From Minutocellus sp. GHC0000111 (lineage: Eukaryota): DNA of 64,000 bases. Position 1 is the stretch's first letter. Every line of letters begins with the position of its first letter. Both the position numbers and the translations under genes were made by a program. The notes below the pieces were generated by a model, which saw nothing but the letters and a program-made list of their open reading frames with translations, did not search any database and was not told the DNA's origin. This document shows, piece after piece, positions 53,417-64,000 of the stretch. Location: assembly GCA_977018835.1 (NCBI GenBank), contig OZ361259.1, positions 2,418,001 to 2,482,000 of the forward strand. Direction: 5' to 3'.

Positions 53417-55141
53417 GGTGACGAGGCCGATGCTGCTGAGGGTGGCGGTGACCGAGGGGTGGTCAAGGCCGAGGGTGCGGCGCTGGATCTCCAGAGCCTC
53501 GTGGTACATGCGTACGGCCTGCTGATGGTCACCACGGTGCTGGTAGATCTGGCCAATGTTGGTAAGGGTCACAACGATATTGGGATGGTCCTGCTCCAGT
53601 ACAGCCCGCTCCACGTCCAGACCCTGGGAGTACACGTCGAGGGCGGCATCGAAGTCCCCCCGCTCGTAGTGGAGGTTGCCAATCTTGTTGAGGGTGCTGG
53701 CGATCTCGGCGTGGTTGGGTCCCAGAGCCCCGCGGGCGATCCGCAGGCTCTCCTCGTACACCTCGTGGGCCTTGTCGTGCTGGCCCTTCTCGTGATGGAT
53801 CTGGGCGACGCACTTGAGCATGACGGAGATGTCGCGATGGTCGGCCCCCAGGCGCGCCCGGGCGATGCGGAGGAAGTCGTCGTACAGCTCCATGGCCTCC
53901 TCGAGGCGGCCGAGCTGGTGGAGGGTCTGGCCGGCATTGTAGACGGTGGCGGCGACGTCGAGGTCGGCCTCACCAAGGAGGGTGCGACGGACGGCCAGGG
54001 CGCGACGGTAGACGTCGAGGGCGGCATCGTAGTCGCTGGTCATGTAATGGACCCGTCCAATGTTGTTGAGGGTGGTGGCGACGTCCTTGTGATGATCTCC
54101 CAGGATCGAACGGCGGATAATGAGACTTTGGCCATAGTGCGCGAGGGCCGCGTCGGCATCGGGCTTGGCCATGTGAAAGTGCAGGACGCCGATGCAGTTG
54201 TGGGTGGCGGCCGCGTCGAGGCTGAACTCGTACGGGAGCATGTGCAGGATCTCCGTGTAGGTCGACAGGGCCTCGTCGAACCGCTCGGCGCGGTGCTGGA
54301 TGTGGCCGAGGTTGTGGTAGATGCCGACGATGGTGGCTCCGGCCCCGCGGATGTCGTAGTTGGAGGAATCCTGGGTGGGCTCGGCGTGCGTGAGGGCGAT
54401 GCTGCTGCTGCCAGAAGAGGAAGCTGGGCCGAACGATGATGCTGTCGCCGTCTCGAGGGCACGGTAGAAGCAGTCGGCGGCCGAGGCATCGTCGCCGTTT
54501 CGAACATGGGCCAGGCCGAGGTTGCAAAGGACGGTCGATCGGACGACGGAAAAAGATGAGACGGCCTCGGCAGTCTTGAGGCGGAGGGGGTGGGAGTAGG
54601 TGGTCATTCCCTCGTCGCATGAATCGCTGTCCTTGTCGTCGTCGTTGTCGTTTTCTGTAGGCCTACTTCCAGAAGTTGAAGACATGACGACATCGACGTC
54701 CATGAAGGTAGAGGAGGAGGCATCGTCGTGCTGGGACTTGGAAACGCTGGCAGCACTGCAAGCGGCAATGGAGGAGCTGCCAGCAGAGATGCCGGCGAGG
54801 TTCTCGAGGGCCAATTCCAGGGCTCGAACGGCCTCGGCAGGAGCGGGGACGGACACATTGTTGCTCGACAAAGACGAAGAAGTAGGAACTCCTGAAGCAA
54901 CCTCCTTCGACTCGACGTGCATGGCCTCGGCGGCCACGTTGTTGAGGCGGACGGCCTGGGAGAGGCGAAGGAACGCCGACTCCGTCATGCCGTCGGTCGA
55001 CTGGTCGTTGCCGGCAAAAGTGGTGGCTTTGGCAGCAGTCGCACCGAATGCCATTGTGGACATGGCACGGGCGTAGTCGTAGTTCATGCCGGCGGGGTAG
55101 ACGACGGCGTTGCAGTCGAGGATGGACGACGAGGAGTTCAT
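53417..55141 (-). pseudogene. TPR protein B, 5' part, truncated at the junction with the RibD-like gene
   Basis: Close paralog of TPR A (NCIGVLHFHMAKPD, DVAATVYNAGQT, HPNIVVTL.NIGQIY); similarity ends at SIGLVT (~53417). Confidence 0.8.
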
Positions 55142-56593
55142 GCTTATTGCGTTGGGTTGGGATTGGATTGGATTGGATTAGCAGAGAGCAGGATGGGGTG
55201 GTGGTTGTTTGTTGCCTTCTTTCTCGAAGAAATGTGTGGGATGTGAGATGTGTCTCCGAAGTGTGAAAAATGACAGGCAGCGAGGCAAACAGCATGGCAG
55301 CAGCATCAGCAGCCGCCGCCGGCTAAACTCGCGGCGTAGCTGTGCCGGATGCGACGGGATGACACAAAGAGATTTTTGAGTTGTCCCACTTTCGGAGCTA
55401 ATAGTAATCCCGAGGCCTGTGCCATAATCGAAAGGGACGATTTCTTAGTGGAGAGTGAAAAATTCTCCCAAATGTCAGAAAGCAAAGTCTGCAGTCCCTT
55501 GTTCTCTCCAGTTCCCTTCATGTGTTGAACTTGGACACCCGGAAATTCTTGGAGTGACAGAAAGAAATTCACGTTTCTGACGACATAAGGCGTCATGGCA
55601 TGTTGAACTATTTTTACACACAAGCCACTCCTTTTGTGCGGTGGCCGCAGAACGTGTTGGAACACACAGGCCGCATAAGTGTTTATTGCGCGTCGGTCGG
55701 GACAAGGCCGAATTACCTGTTACTGTGCTCCCCAAAAACTTCAGAAATCAATGAAGTGACTGCAGAGTTCGTCCGAGAATGACGTCACGCACTTTCCCTC
55801 GGCGATGTTGGAGAATTTTGTACGCACAGCACATGTGAGCACACTTCAACGCAGTATTTTTGTACAAAATGTAAGCACAGCACACAAGCACACAGCCAAG
55901 GGGCACATGAAACAAACGACAAACGACACCAGCACATAACATCACCCCGAACTCATCATCTTTCCTGAGAGATCTGCACCCAGGCCAGCCAGAAATGTTT
56001 TCGAAACCTTCCCTTGCGGTGCAAACCAATGACCCCCAAAAAGTCGAGCCTTGTCCCGCCCCACTCCCTGCCTAACCGGCACAGTACCAAATTGGTAGTC
56101 AGAACAAGGAGATACACCCCAGGCTGAATAGAATGGGGAGTGGGAAGAAACTCCGAGCCCCACTTTGTGTCAATTGGCCTCAATTTATTTATGGTCCCAG
56201 ACGTCATTCGGAAGGATCAACATCCGGCACATCGATTCAAGTTGCAGGTCGAATTTCTGATCAGTTTCAGGCAGGCTCATGACAGACCGCGGAGTCATCT
56301 GATCTGTAGCTGTACCTAGGTACATGGAACATCCGTATCCCACACATTATTGTGAGCTGCAGAGCATAGCATCGAACTAAAAAAAGGAACAAGGACATGT
56401 CAATGTAACTTATTGTTGCATGTACAATACCGATTGAACACTCCCTCCGTCCATATTTATCGTGTTCCCCACGCAGGCGGAGGCGTGGGGATATTTCTTT
56501 TGCTCGAAATATCTTTCTCTTTTGCCGTCGTCGCGTCCTGACGATTTGACTTACTTATTGAGGCCAGTTCGCAAGCCCAGCCAGCCAGCCAGC

Positions 56594-59500
56594 ATGAACC
56601 GCGAGCCTCCGTCGCTGGCGGCCGGCACCAACGCGGCGCCCTCGCTGGCCGGTGCGGGCGGGGCGGCCTCGTACTCGTCGTCGTCATCGTCGTCTTCTGC
56701 CGCTACCACCAGCAGCAGCAGCAACCGCAAGAGCAACAAGAAAAAGAAGCGCCTGCGACCCCAAAAACACCTCAGCCGCTGGTCCGAGGCGTTCTTTGGA
56801 GGGGGCGGAGGGGGTCAGGCCCGGACCAACTCGCAGCTCGACAGCATCGACGAGGGGTTTGAGGAGGAGGAATCGTCGTCGTCGTCGTGCTCGTCGTCGT
56901 CGCGCCGCGGTGGCAATGGCGGTAGCGACGGCGGCGGTGGCGGCAGCGACAGCGACGACACCATACACAGGAGCGGCCACAGCAGCGGTGATCACTGCAG
57001 TCCGGTGCAGCGGGGCAAGGCGGGGCCGTTGCATGTGAGTGCTCGACAGCACCACGACGACGACGACGACGACGACGCTGCTGGTAGCAAGATTGCGCGT
57101 GCACAGACAGCGGCGGCAGCGGCGGCATCGAGCACCCGATCTCTGGATTATGCCTCGGCGACGGCGACGGCCACGGCAAAAGCAGGTGCAGGTGCAGGAA
57201 CTTCCACTGGCAGTAGCGCGCCCTACGTGCACAATCACGCGTCGAATGCCACCATGCCGACGGCGGCGTCGTCTGCCTATTACGAAGAAGACCCAAAGGA
57301 CGGGGACTGGATAGAACCGCTGCCTCCCGACGACGAGGGGGACACTGCTACTGGTGCTTCCAGCAGACGTAGGCTCAGCGGCGGCGGTCATCGGCGGTCC
57401 AGCAACAGCAGTGGCTCTGGGAGATCTACTGGTGCGGCGGCGGCGGCGGTGGCGGCGGGGGGCAGGGGCAGTGGCAGCGGCAGACCGCGGCTGCACTGCA
57501 TCCCCGACGACATCGAGGTGAGCGACGACCAGATGCTGCAGCAGCAGCAGCAGTTCCAGCACTCGGCCCTGACGATGAGGGGGGCGCTCTCGGATTCGTC
57601 GGGGGAGGAGAGCAGTGGCGACAACAACAATATTGAAAGAAGGGTGGCGGCCGCGTTAGCCGACGGAACTGACCAACAGATGGTCGGCTTCCGCTCTGCT
57701 TCTGGCTCTGCCTCTGGCGCCGTGTCGGGTGCAGGCGATGCCGATATCGGCACGTCGTCTGGTGAAGATGCAGCAGCAGTGGCAGCGGCAGCTGCGGCAG
57801 CATCGAGGACAGCTCCCACTCGACAGTTGAGTGTCATCGACATTGCCCTCAAAGCTTCCACTTCGACGTCGGATGTACCCAAGCCGGCCCACCGATCCTC
57901 GTCCTTCACGGGATCGGAGCCGATCAAGGATGCCAACCCCAAGGCCCGGTCTTCGTCTATGCCCCTTGTCGACGATGACGATCTGGATATCGAAAACCTT
58001 ATGCAACAGGCCGCCAGCACCTCGAATGCAGCGGCGGTAGGTGTTGGTGTTGGTGTTGGGACGGCGGCGCAGACTCCCTCCACCATGTCTGCTGGACTCG
58101 TCCCACCCATGGTAGGCACTCACACGACAGGCAGGCTCAACGACTCGTCCAATTCCTTTGGGGGCGGCCGATCCCGAAGGACGAGCGATGCGTCCAATGC
58201 CGAATCCATCGCCGCCTCCTCCATCGCGGCGGCGTCGTGGATGGGAAGTATGGGCGACTCTGACCTGAGTGGTTCGAGCAGTGACTGCGAGGGAGACGGT
58301 CCTAACCGACAGAGGCTGCGCACCCGCCGCCGAAGGAAGAAGTCGAGGCGGCCGACAGCGGATCGACGGGTGTCGAACGACAGTGACAATAATGGCAACG
58401 GTCCCACTCCGATGATCGTTGTAGAGGGTGCCTCTAGCGTCCAGTCCGGGCGCAACCGTCGCCGCCGTACCTCGTGGACAAGGCGACCGAGTCACCTCCC
58501 CGACTCGGCCCCCGCTGGTGTGGCCGCAACTTACCGAGATCGGCGCTGCTCCGATCCGATATGCCGCCACGAGGTGGCCAGGGCTATCGCCGATTTGGAA
58601 GCCGATGTTTCAGATTTAGATGGTGAGTCCTCCTCCGATGACGGCAATGGGTACGAGAAGGCACCTGGCAGCCGGCTCGATGCCATCGTTGCTTCGCTAA
58701 GGGCTGCGACGGCAAACGGCGGCAACAACAACAATAATGCCCGAAGAATCGCAACGAATCAAAACCCTCGCGATCTGCATGACCTCTTTCGACCGAATCG
58801 TGTCCTGCGTTCGACTGCGCCTCGAGAACCTAATTCTTTCGCTCCTAGCGCTGCTCCATTGCATGCATCGTGGCCGAACCAAGCAAGTGCGGCCATGCCA
58901 ACGTTGGACTTGAATAATCAGATTGCTCACGCGGCTGCAAGCTATTCGGTTGAGCCCACCGATACCAGCAACGCTACTGGAGCTGCTAGCACTGCGGCTG
59001 GTGCTATTCGGCGCCAGGACGAATCGTTTGCCAACGTAGAAGATTTGATCCGGGCCTCACTTCGAACCCAACCATCATCCGTATCCCTGAGACGTCTGCA
59101 AGGTGAAGACATTCATGGCAGCGAGCGCAACGCACAGTCGTGGCCGATTGTGTCCTCTCATCGCGACGATGTTGCCAGCGCAGCAGCCGTCGGTGTGCCT
59201 GTAGGCGCCCGTAGGTCAAACAACAGGAGTGACTCCATCATCGATACTCTGCAAAATCTAGACCTACGACAGCATTTACGGGACCATGACTCTGCTTCAA
59301 CCTTCAACTTTATTGATGACGACGAAAACAACAATGACGCTACGACGACAACGGCCGCCGCTGGATCTCAGGCTGGCGAAGGGCCTTTGCAAACAAATCC
59401 TCTTATGGCAGAACGACAGGCTATTTTGGGTTTTGGCCAAGAACGCCGCCGACCCGGCGACAGTGGCCATCGTATTTCGAACAGTAGGTCTGGCATCAAC

Positions 59501-60862
59501 AGTGGGCCGGCGACTTCCAATCTCCCACCAAGAGAAACTGTTGGGCCTATACGAGGCCTCGACGCTCTTGGTGCGGCCATCGGTGCTATTGCAGCAGCTG
59601 CTCCAGCGTTACCACCTCCAAATGTTTCCACCAGCTTTTCCCACAGAACATCGTCCATGAGTACTGATACCCATAGATCGTCGATAAGTAGTGCCGGTGG
59701 AAGAGATGAAATCAACAGCGTGCCAGCTGTCGTATCGTCGGCAGGAACTGCAAATGTCTCGGCATCGTCGCCGTCAGCAGCTGCTGGTGCTTCTACTTCT
59801 GCGCCTGTCGTCAACGGAAGGAGGAGACATTCGGGACCGACGCGGTTGTATGAAGCTGTCGCCTCTGGCTCGTCCTATGATACCATCAAATCTTTGATCG
59901 ATTTGGACCCTAGCTCGACAGGCCATCAGAATGGCGCCGGTCTTACCCCGTTGCACACCGCCATCGAACGATACGACGTCCCCATGTCGATCATTCGTCT
60001 GCTTCTCGCATCCAATCCTTCAACAGCATCGATGCCGAGGACAGATGGTAGGACGCCGATGGACCTTCTGTGGAAGAGGTATGTTGATCCCGATAGCTTC
60101 CGAATACAGAGCTCAATCATAGCTGCCAACGAGCTCGCTACCCTCATGGAGATGGCAGTATCCGACGATGGTTGCAATCGACCTCCGTCGAGCCAGAGCG
60201 GAAGCGAAGAAGATGTTGATCTTGAGGAGAGTTCCAGCAGACCTGGTGGCTTGAGCGAGCGCGATATGGATCGCAAGGCCTGTGCCATGCGCATCCTCTT
60301 GTCCAGTCCCCGTCTTCGTGACTTTTGGGACCTAATGACATTGTTTGTTCGAGCCGCTCATCACGGTACTATGGCTGATCCGCTCCCATCCGAGCATGGT
60401 CGTTGGAGGATCGTCCATTCCTGCGTCGTCACACGGTGCGAGCCACTGATGATTCGATTCGCCGCCGCGCTCTATCCCGAGCAGCTTCGGGAACGAGATG
60501 AGCAGAGCGGCAGAATTCCCCTCCACATCACCTCGGCCTTGAGTTGTGAGCGTTCGGCCAACAGCATCGACAAGACCGTCCTCAGGCTTTGGCCGCGAGG
60601 TGCTTGGCTTCACGACAACGAGGGTAGGTTGGCAATAAATCTCGCCATCGAGGCCGGCAAGCCGTGGCGGTTTGTCCGCGCCCTGCTCCTATGTGCACCT
60701 CCGTCCCTCCTCACGAGAGATACCAAGACGCGGATGATGCCCTTCATGATTGCCGCCTCCTCTCCCGATGCCAGTTTGGATTGTTCCTACCGACTCCTGC
60801 GAGACAGTGTTGATGTCATCACATCTGCTCTCGCAAGCAATGGGAAGATTTCTTCTAGCTAG
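56594..60862 (+). CDS. Large low-complexity protein with C-terminal ankyrin-like repeats
   Basis: GLTPLHTAI, GRTPMDLL, GRIPLHI, GRLAINLAI and MMPFMIAA motifs; ~1420-aa uninterrupted ORF. Confidence 0.82.
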   Translation: MNREPPSLAAGTNAAPSLAGAGGAASYSSSSSSSSAATTSSSSNRKSNKKKKRLRPQKHLSRWSEAFFGGGGGGQARTNSQLDSIDEGFEEEESSSSSCSSSSRRGGNGGSDGGGGGSDSDDTIHRSGHSSGDHCSPVQRGKAGPLHVSARQHHDDDDDDDAAGSKIARAQTAAAAAASSTRSLDYASATATATAKAGAGAGTSTGSSAPYVHNHASNATMPTAASSAYYEEDPKDGDWIEPLPPDDEGDTATGASSRRRLSGGGHRRSSNSSGSGRSTGAAAAAVAAGGRGSGSGRPRLHCIPDDIEVSDDQMLQQQQQFQHSALTMRGALSDSSGEESSGDNNNIERRVAAALADGTDQQMVGFRSASGSASGAVSGAGDADIGTSSGEDAAAVAAAAAAASRTAPTRQLSVIDIALKASTSTSDVPKPAHRSSSFTGSEPIKDANPKARSSSMPLVDDDDLDIENLMQQAASTSNAAAVGVGVGVGTAAQTPSTMSAGLVPPMVGTHTTGRLNDSSNSFGGGRSRRTSDASNAESIAASSIAAASWMGSMGDSDLSGSSSDCEGDGPNRQRLRTRRRRKKSRRPTADRRVSNDSDNNGNGPTPMIVVEGASSVQSGRNRRRRTSWTRRPSHLPDSAPAGVAATYRDRRCSDPICRHEVARAIADLEADVSDLDGESSSDDGNGYEKAPGSRLDAIVASLRAATANGGNNNNNARRIATNQNPRDLHDLFRPNRVLRSTAPREPNSFAPSAAPLHASWPNQASAAMPTLDLNNQIAHAAASYSVEPTDTSNATGAASTAAGAIRRQDESFANVEDLIRASLRTQPSSVSLRRLQGEDIHGSERNAQSWPIVSSHRDDVASAAAVGVPVGARRSNNRSDSIIDTLQNLDLRQHLRDHDSASTFNFIDDDENNNDATTTTAAAGSQAGEGPLQTNPLMAERQAILGFGQERRRPGDSGHRISNSRSGINSGPATSNLPPRETVGPIRGLDALGAAIGAIAAAAPALPPPNVSTSFSHRTSSMSTDTHRSSISSAGGRDEINSVPAVVSSAGTANVSASSPSAAAGASTSAPVVNGRRRHSGPTRLYEAVASGSSYDTIKSLIDLDPSSTGHQNGAGLTPLHTAIERYDVPMSIIRLLLASNPSTASMPRTDGRTPMDLLWKRYVDPDSFRIQSSIIAANELATLMEMAVSDDGCNRPPSSQSGSEEDVDLEESSSRPGGLSERDMDRKACAMRILLSSPRLRDFWDLMTLFVRAAHHGTMADPLPSEHGRWRIVHSCVVTRCEPLMIRFAAALYPEQLRERDEQSGRIPLHITSALSCERSANSIDKTVLRLWPRGAWLHDNEGRLAINLAIEAGKPWRFVRALLLCAPPSLLTRDTKTRMMPFMIAASSPDASLDCSYRLLRDSVDVITSALASNGKISSS

Positions 60863-62752
60863 ATCTAGTTTTTTTGACGATGGTGGCGATGGTGACGGAA
60901 AGTTAGTGATGGTGGTAGTGATGGAAAGCGATGAAGGTGTGAGTGTGGTGGACATGCAGCAGTGGTGTTGATGGTGATTCATTCAAGCACTGGTACCGGT
61001 GCCAGTGTTCCGGTGCCTGCTGTCAGTAAAAAAGAGAGCAAAGGTCGAATGAAGTGCGTCCGGTAGATCTAAGTTGTTATGAGTCCTCTTGAACGAGCTA
61101 CTTGCTGCACTTGCCGAAGAAGCTCGGCATCGGTCATGGTTGCTTCTTTCATTTTTGAAGAATGGCTGCACTTCGATGCCGATGAGTGGCTACTTAGAGA
61201 AGAGAGCTCGCTCGCGAGAGACGGTGAAAACGAGGAAAGTTTGGATTCGAGGTTAGGCACGTTTTCACTTGGATGAGGTGTTGATGTCTCGTCGCCGAGG
61301 AATGAAAGGCCACTAAGAACTCCACGAACCCCTTCTCTTTCGAACAGGCCTTCATGTTTCGTAGTTGTCCCTTTACCAATGATGGCTTGCGATCGAAGAT
61401 CTGACGGTGCATGTTTGGAATTGGCATCGCCCTCAACAGTTTCTGGCAAGCATGCATGTTCTTTCCTGCTGGTAATCGCAGCGCAATCGTTCACTATCAA
61501 ACAAAGGGGCGGCAATTCTATCTTCATGTCAATTTCTTACTTTTGGTTGTTTGGTGCTTTGATAAATTCGATTTTTTGGCAAGCGCCAGTTCTCTCTGTG
61601 TTGTGAGGAGATCGATGGGGAAGAAGACTTGGCCTGCACGGCCTGCAGTGTGAAGTAAGTGTAGCTGTGAACTCGTACAAGCGACAAAGCCTACCTAGGC
61701 ACACGCCCTTCGCCGTTATGTTTTCTGAGGCGGATGCATTGTTTAGCCCGTTTTGCGGTGATTGTGTCAGACAGTTCATGGCTCAACTGTTTTATTTGGT
61801 CCCTGAGAGAAGAAAAGCAGAAATCAAAATGTATCAGGACAACAGTCAGCACAAAATTGAGACTGCAATTTGTTGAATGCACCTCGTTCTCGCTCGACGC
61901 TCTACCTTTCTATGAATCACACCTTGGCTGCTGGGCATCTTGGCCAACGTCACATAACTGGCTGCTGCTGCTGCTGCTGCACAATGAGCAGCAGCTCAGG
62001 TCGTGACGCCAAGTCGTGAGGAACATCGCGACAAAAAGCGGCGGCCGCGGCAGCGAGCAAGAACACAAAAAAATGCTTGCTCCCCTCGCCACTGATAGAT
62101 CTATGAGAACAAATTCTCGGAACACACATCTAAACATGCACTTAGTGCCAGAAGATGCGAGCAGGAACACAAATGAATGAATGCACCGTGCTCCCCTCGC
62201 TGTAGGAGCACGGACAGTCGGGACACGCATCTACACGCAGTGCCAGCAGATGAATAATTACTATTATCATATTTTCATTTATCGCATAAGGACTACACGT
62301 ACACTGTCTTGTTTTGTGCAAGAGTATTTTTTTGATAGAGTATTTTATTGATGCATGTAGGCGACATTGAGTCTTCAAGATGCGTTTGATAATCCGCCTA
62401 CATGTGTGTAGGGCGTTTCCACGAGAGTGCCTACATGTTACCCCCCTCATTTGGTAATCATTGTAAAATTGCTTCATGGGCTCTATTGGTGTGTTTAGTG
62501 ATAGGATCAACAATAAAATTGCTTCTATACATGTGGTTTGGCTGTCGTCTCGATGGGTTTGTGAGGATGGGTCCCTCTTTTTTTGGAGGCTCATTTGTTG
62601 TGTAGCCACTAGAAAAAATCGACGGCATAGCAAACATTGCGCACAAATTTCAAAAAAAATTAAAACCACTAGGACGAAAATGATCGACTCGGACAGGAAC
62701 CCTCCTCTAAATGGACAAGTAGGTGGCCAGAATGCATAGATAATACATCAAA

Positions 62753-64000
62753 TTACATCAGATTAGCATAGTTGTTGTATGTGCTGATGCATTTGCCCAA
62801 ATCTTTGTGTCTTCTGCCAATATTCACGATGGAAACATTGCCCTCGGCTGCTACTCGGTACTTTCGATCATCGACGGGGTCCTGCTCAGCATCGCTTGTG
62901 CTTGCTACCCAACGACCATTGTGGTACAGAATGCCAGTAACAACTCTAACCTCGCCCTCAACCATAAGATACTTTCCCATGTATTTCTTCTCATATCTCA
63001 TGCCCACAACCTCGTCCCCGTCTTCTACTTTCTCTCCAAGCTCCATCGAGAGTTTTCCAGCTTTTAACTGGTCCCTTTCAGCTCGAGTCCGCTTCCGCTT
63101 TGGCTGCTCGACGCCAGTTCCATCTCCACCCGCGCTGCTTGTTATCTAGAGCTTTTCGGGAACCCATCCATGCCTGTACCTCCGGCACTTCTGGGCAAGC
63201 GAATGTTGGCAGCACATCCGCGCAAGCTTGGTGCATCTCGAAGACGCTCTTGCGATTGCCGCCCTTCTCGACTCCCTTCCTCCACTGCTCCTCCAATATC
63301 TTCCTTGCTACTGGGTGAAGATAATTTGATTCTCTCATGACCTTCGTCCCGTGCCCGAGGAGGACGCGACTGAACGATCGCGATGCCAACGGAACAATGT
63401 TGTCGCTCGCCAACGGGACCGATGCGTTGGCGAGCGACACTGTCCGATTGGAAACAATGGCGCCACCTGCACCGGTACCTACTACACTCGATGCCCTGCA
63501 AGCGTGGCTCACCAAGTGCCTCTCCGCTTTGAACGCGCGATGACAGGTGTTGCATTTGTGTGGCCATATCTTTGCTATGGCCGCGGCACGTTCGGCTTCC
63601 TTGACCTCCTCCTCTTGCAGCAACTGTCGCAAGCGATCCTCTTTCTTCCTCGCCTTTTCTTTTATTTGCTCACGCTTTCGCTTCTTCGACATCTGCACTT
63701 TCACATCACCAAGCGACGGTGCAGTGATGGTAGGCCCATTGCTGCTACTAGTATCTTGCATTCGCCGGTAATCGTGAACCGGCACTATTTCTCCACCGGT
63801 TCTCTCTTGCGGATAAGTTGACGAAGATGGCTGTGAGGCCGTCGACGCTGAACCACAATTATTGGCCCCGACGGACGACGATGCCGCCGCCGATGAGTCA
63901 CGCCCTGGGGTCCATTGCCGACGCATCGAAGAGAGTTGCAAACTTCCTTGGCGTTACGCCAGTAGGAATAATATCCTTCACAGGAACCCACCACTTGTCC
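62753..64000 (-). other. 3' part of an uncharacterised gene with a C2H2-like zinc finger; frameshift near 63100; possibly TE-encoded
   Basis: HKCNTCHRAFKAERHLVSHAC in ORF 63078-63941; plausible continuation in ORF 62753-63046. Confidence 0.45.

Noticed and set aside
53405..54439. 344-aa plus-strand ORF and other long antisense ORFs
   Set aside because: Shadow frames of GC-rich genes on the opposite strand; no independent motifs.
55340..56300. Possible non-autonomous element between TPR B and the ankyrin gene
   Set aside because: TE-like composition, but no convincing TIR pair or TSD could be located by eye.

Overview
Gene-dense eukaryotic nuclear DNA, almost certainly from a diatom (GT-AG introns, bipartite 'ASAF'-type plastid presequences, CoDi-type Copia, diatom-type unknown protein family). 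It holds about 24 host genes or gene fragments: CLPTM1-like, FAD-oxidoreductase/BioY fusion, RPB8, GST, kinase, NYN/YacP, SHQ1, MRD1/RBM19, two cupin-like paralogs, ankyrin proteins, TIM-barrel isomerase, TAF4-like, sulfotransferase, divergent proteasome alpha-like, RING-H2, two TPR paralogs, MaoC double-hotdog and a degenerate RibD-like gene. It also holds three delimitable transposons: a DD39D mariner-like element splitting the sulfotransferase (28460-31907), a Copia LTR element (40407-46635) and a DD38D mariner-like element (47367-49662). The most striking signal is TpA-focused A:T->G:C hypermutation (TA->TG or CA on both strands, giving Tyr->Cys/His and Val->Ala). It is concentrated in the Copia, one DNA transposon and neighbouring DNA and was not seen in distant host genes. 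This looks like a RIP-like genome-defence process running in the opposite chemical direction, or a base modification miscalled by the sequencer. The Copia also shows a possible Tf1-like self-priming PBS and a Tudor-like domain after integrase. Several host genes carry isolated frameshifts and there is a perfect 278-bp duplication, so assembly error must be kept in mind. All family assignments come from motif recognition by eye; no searches were run.
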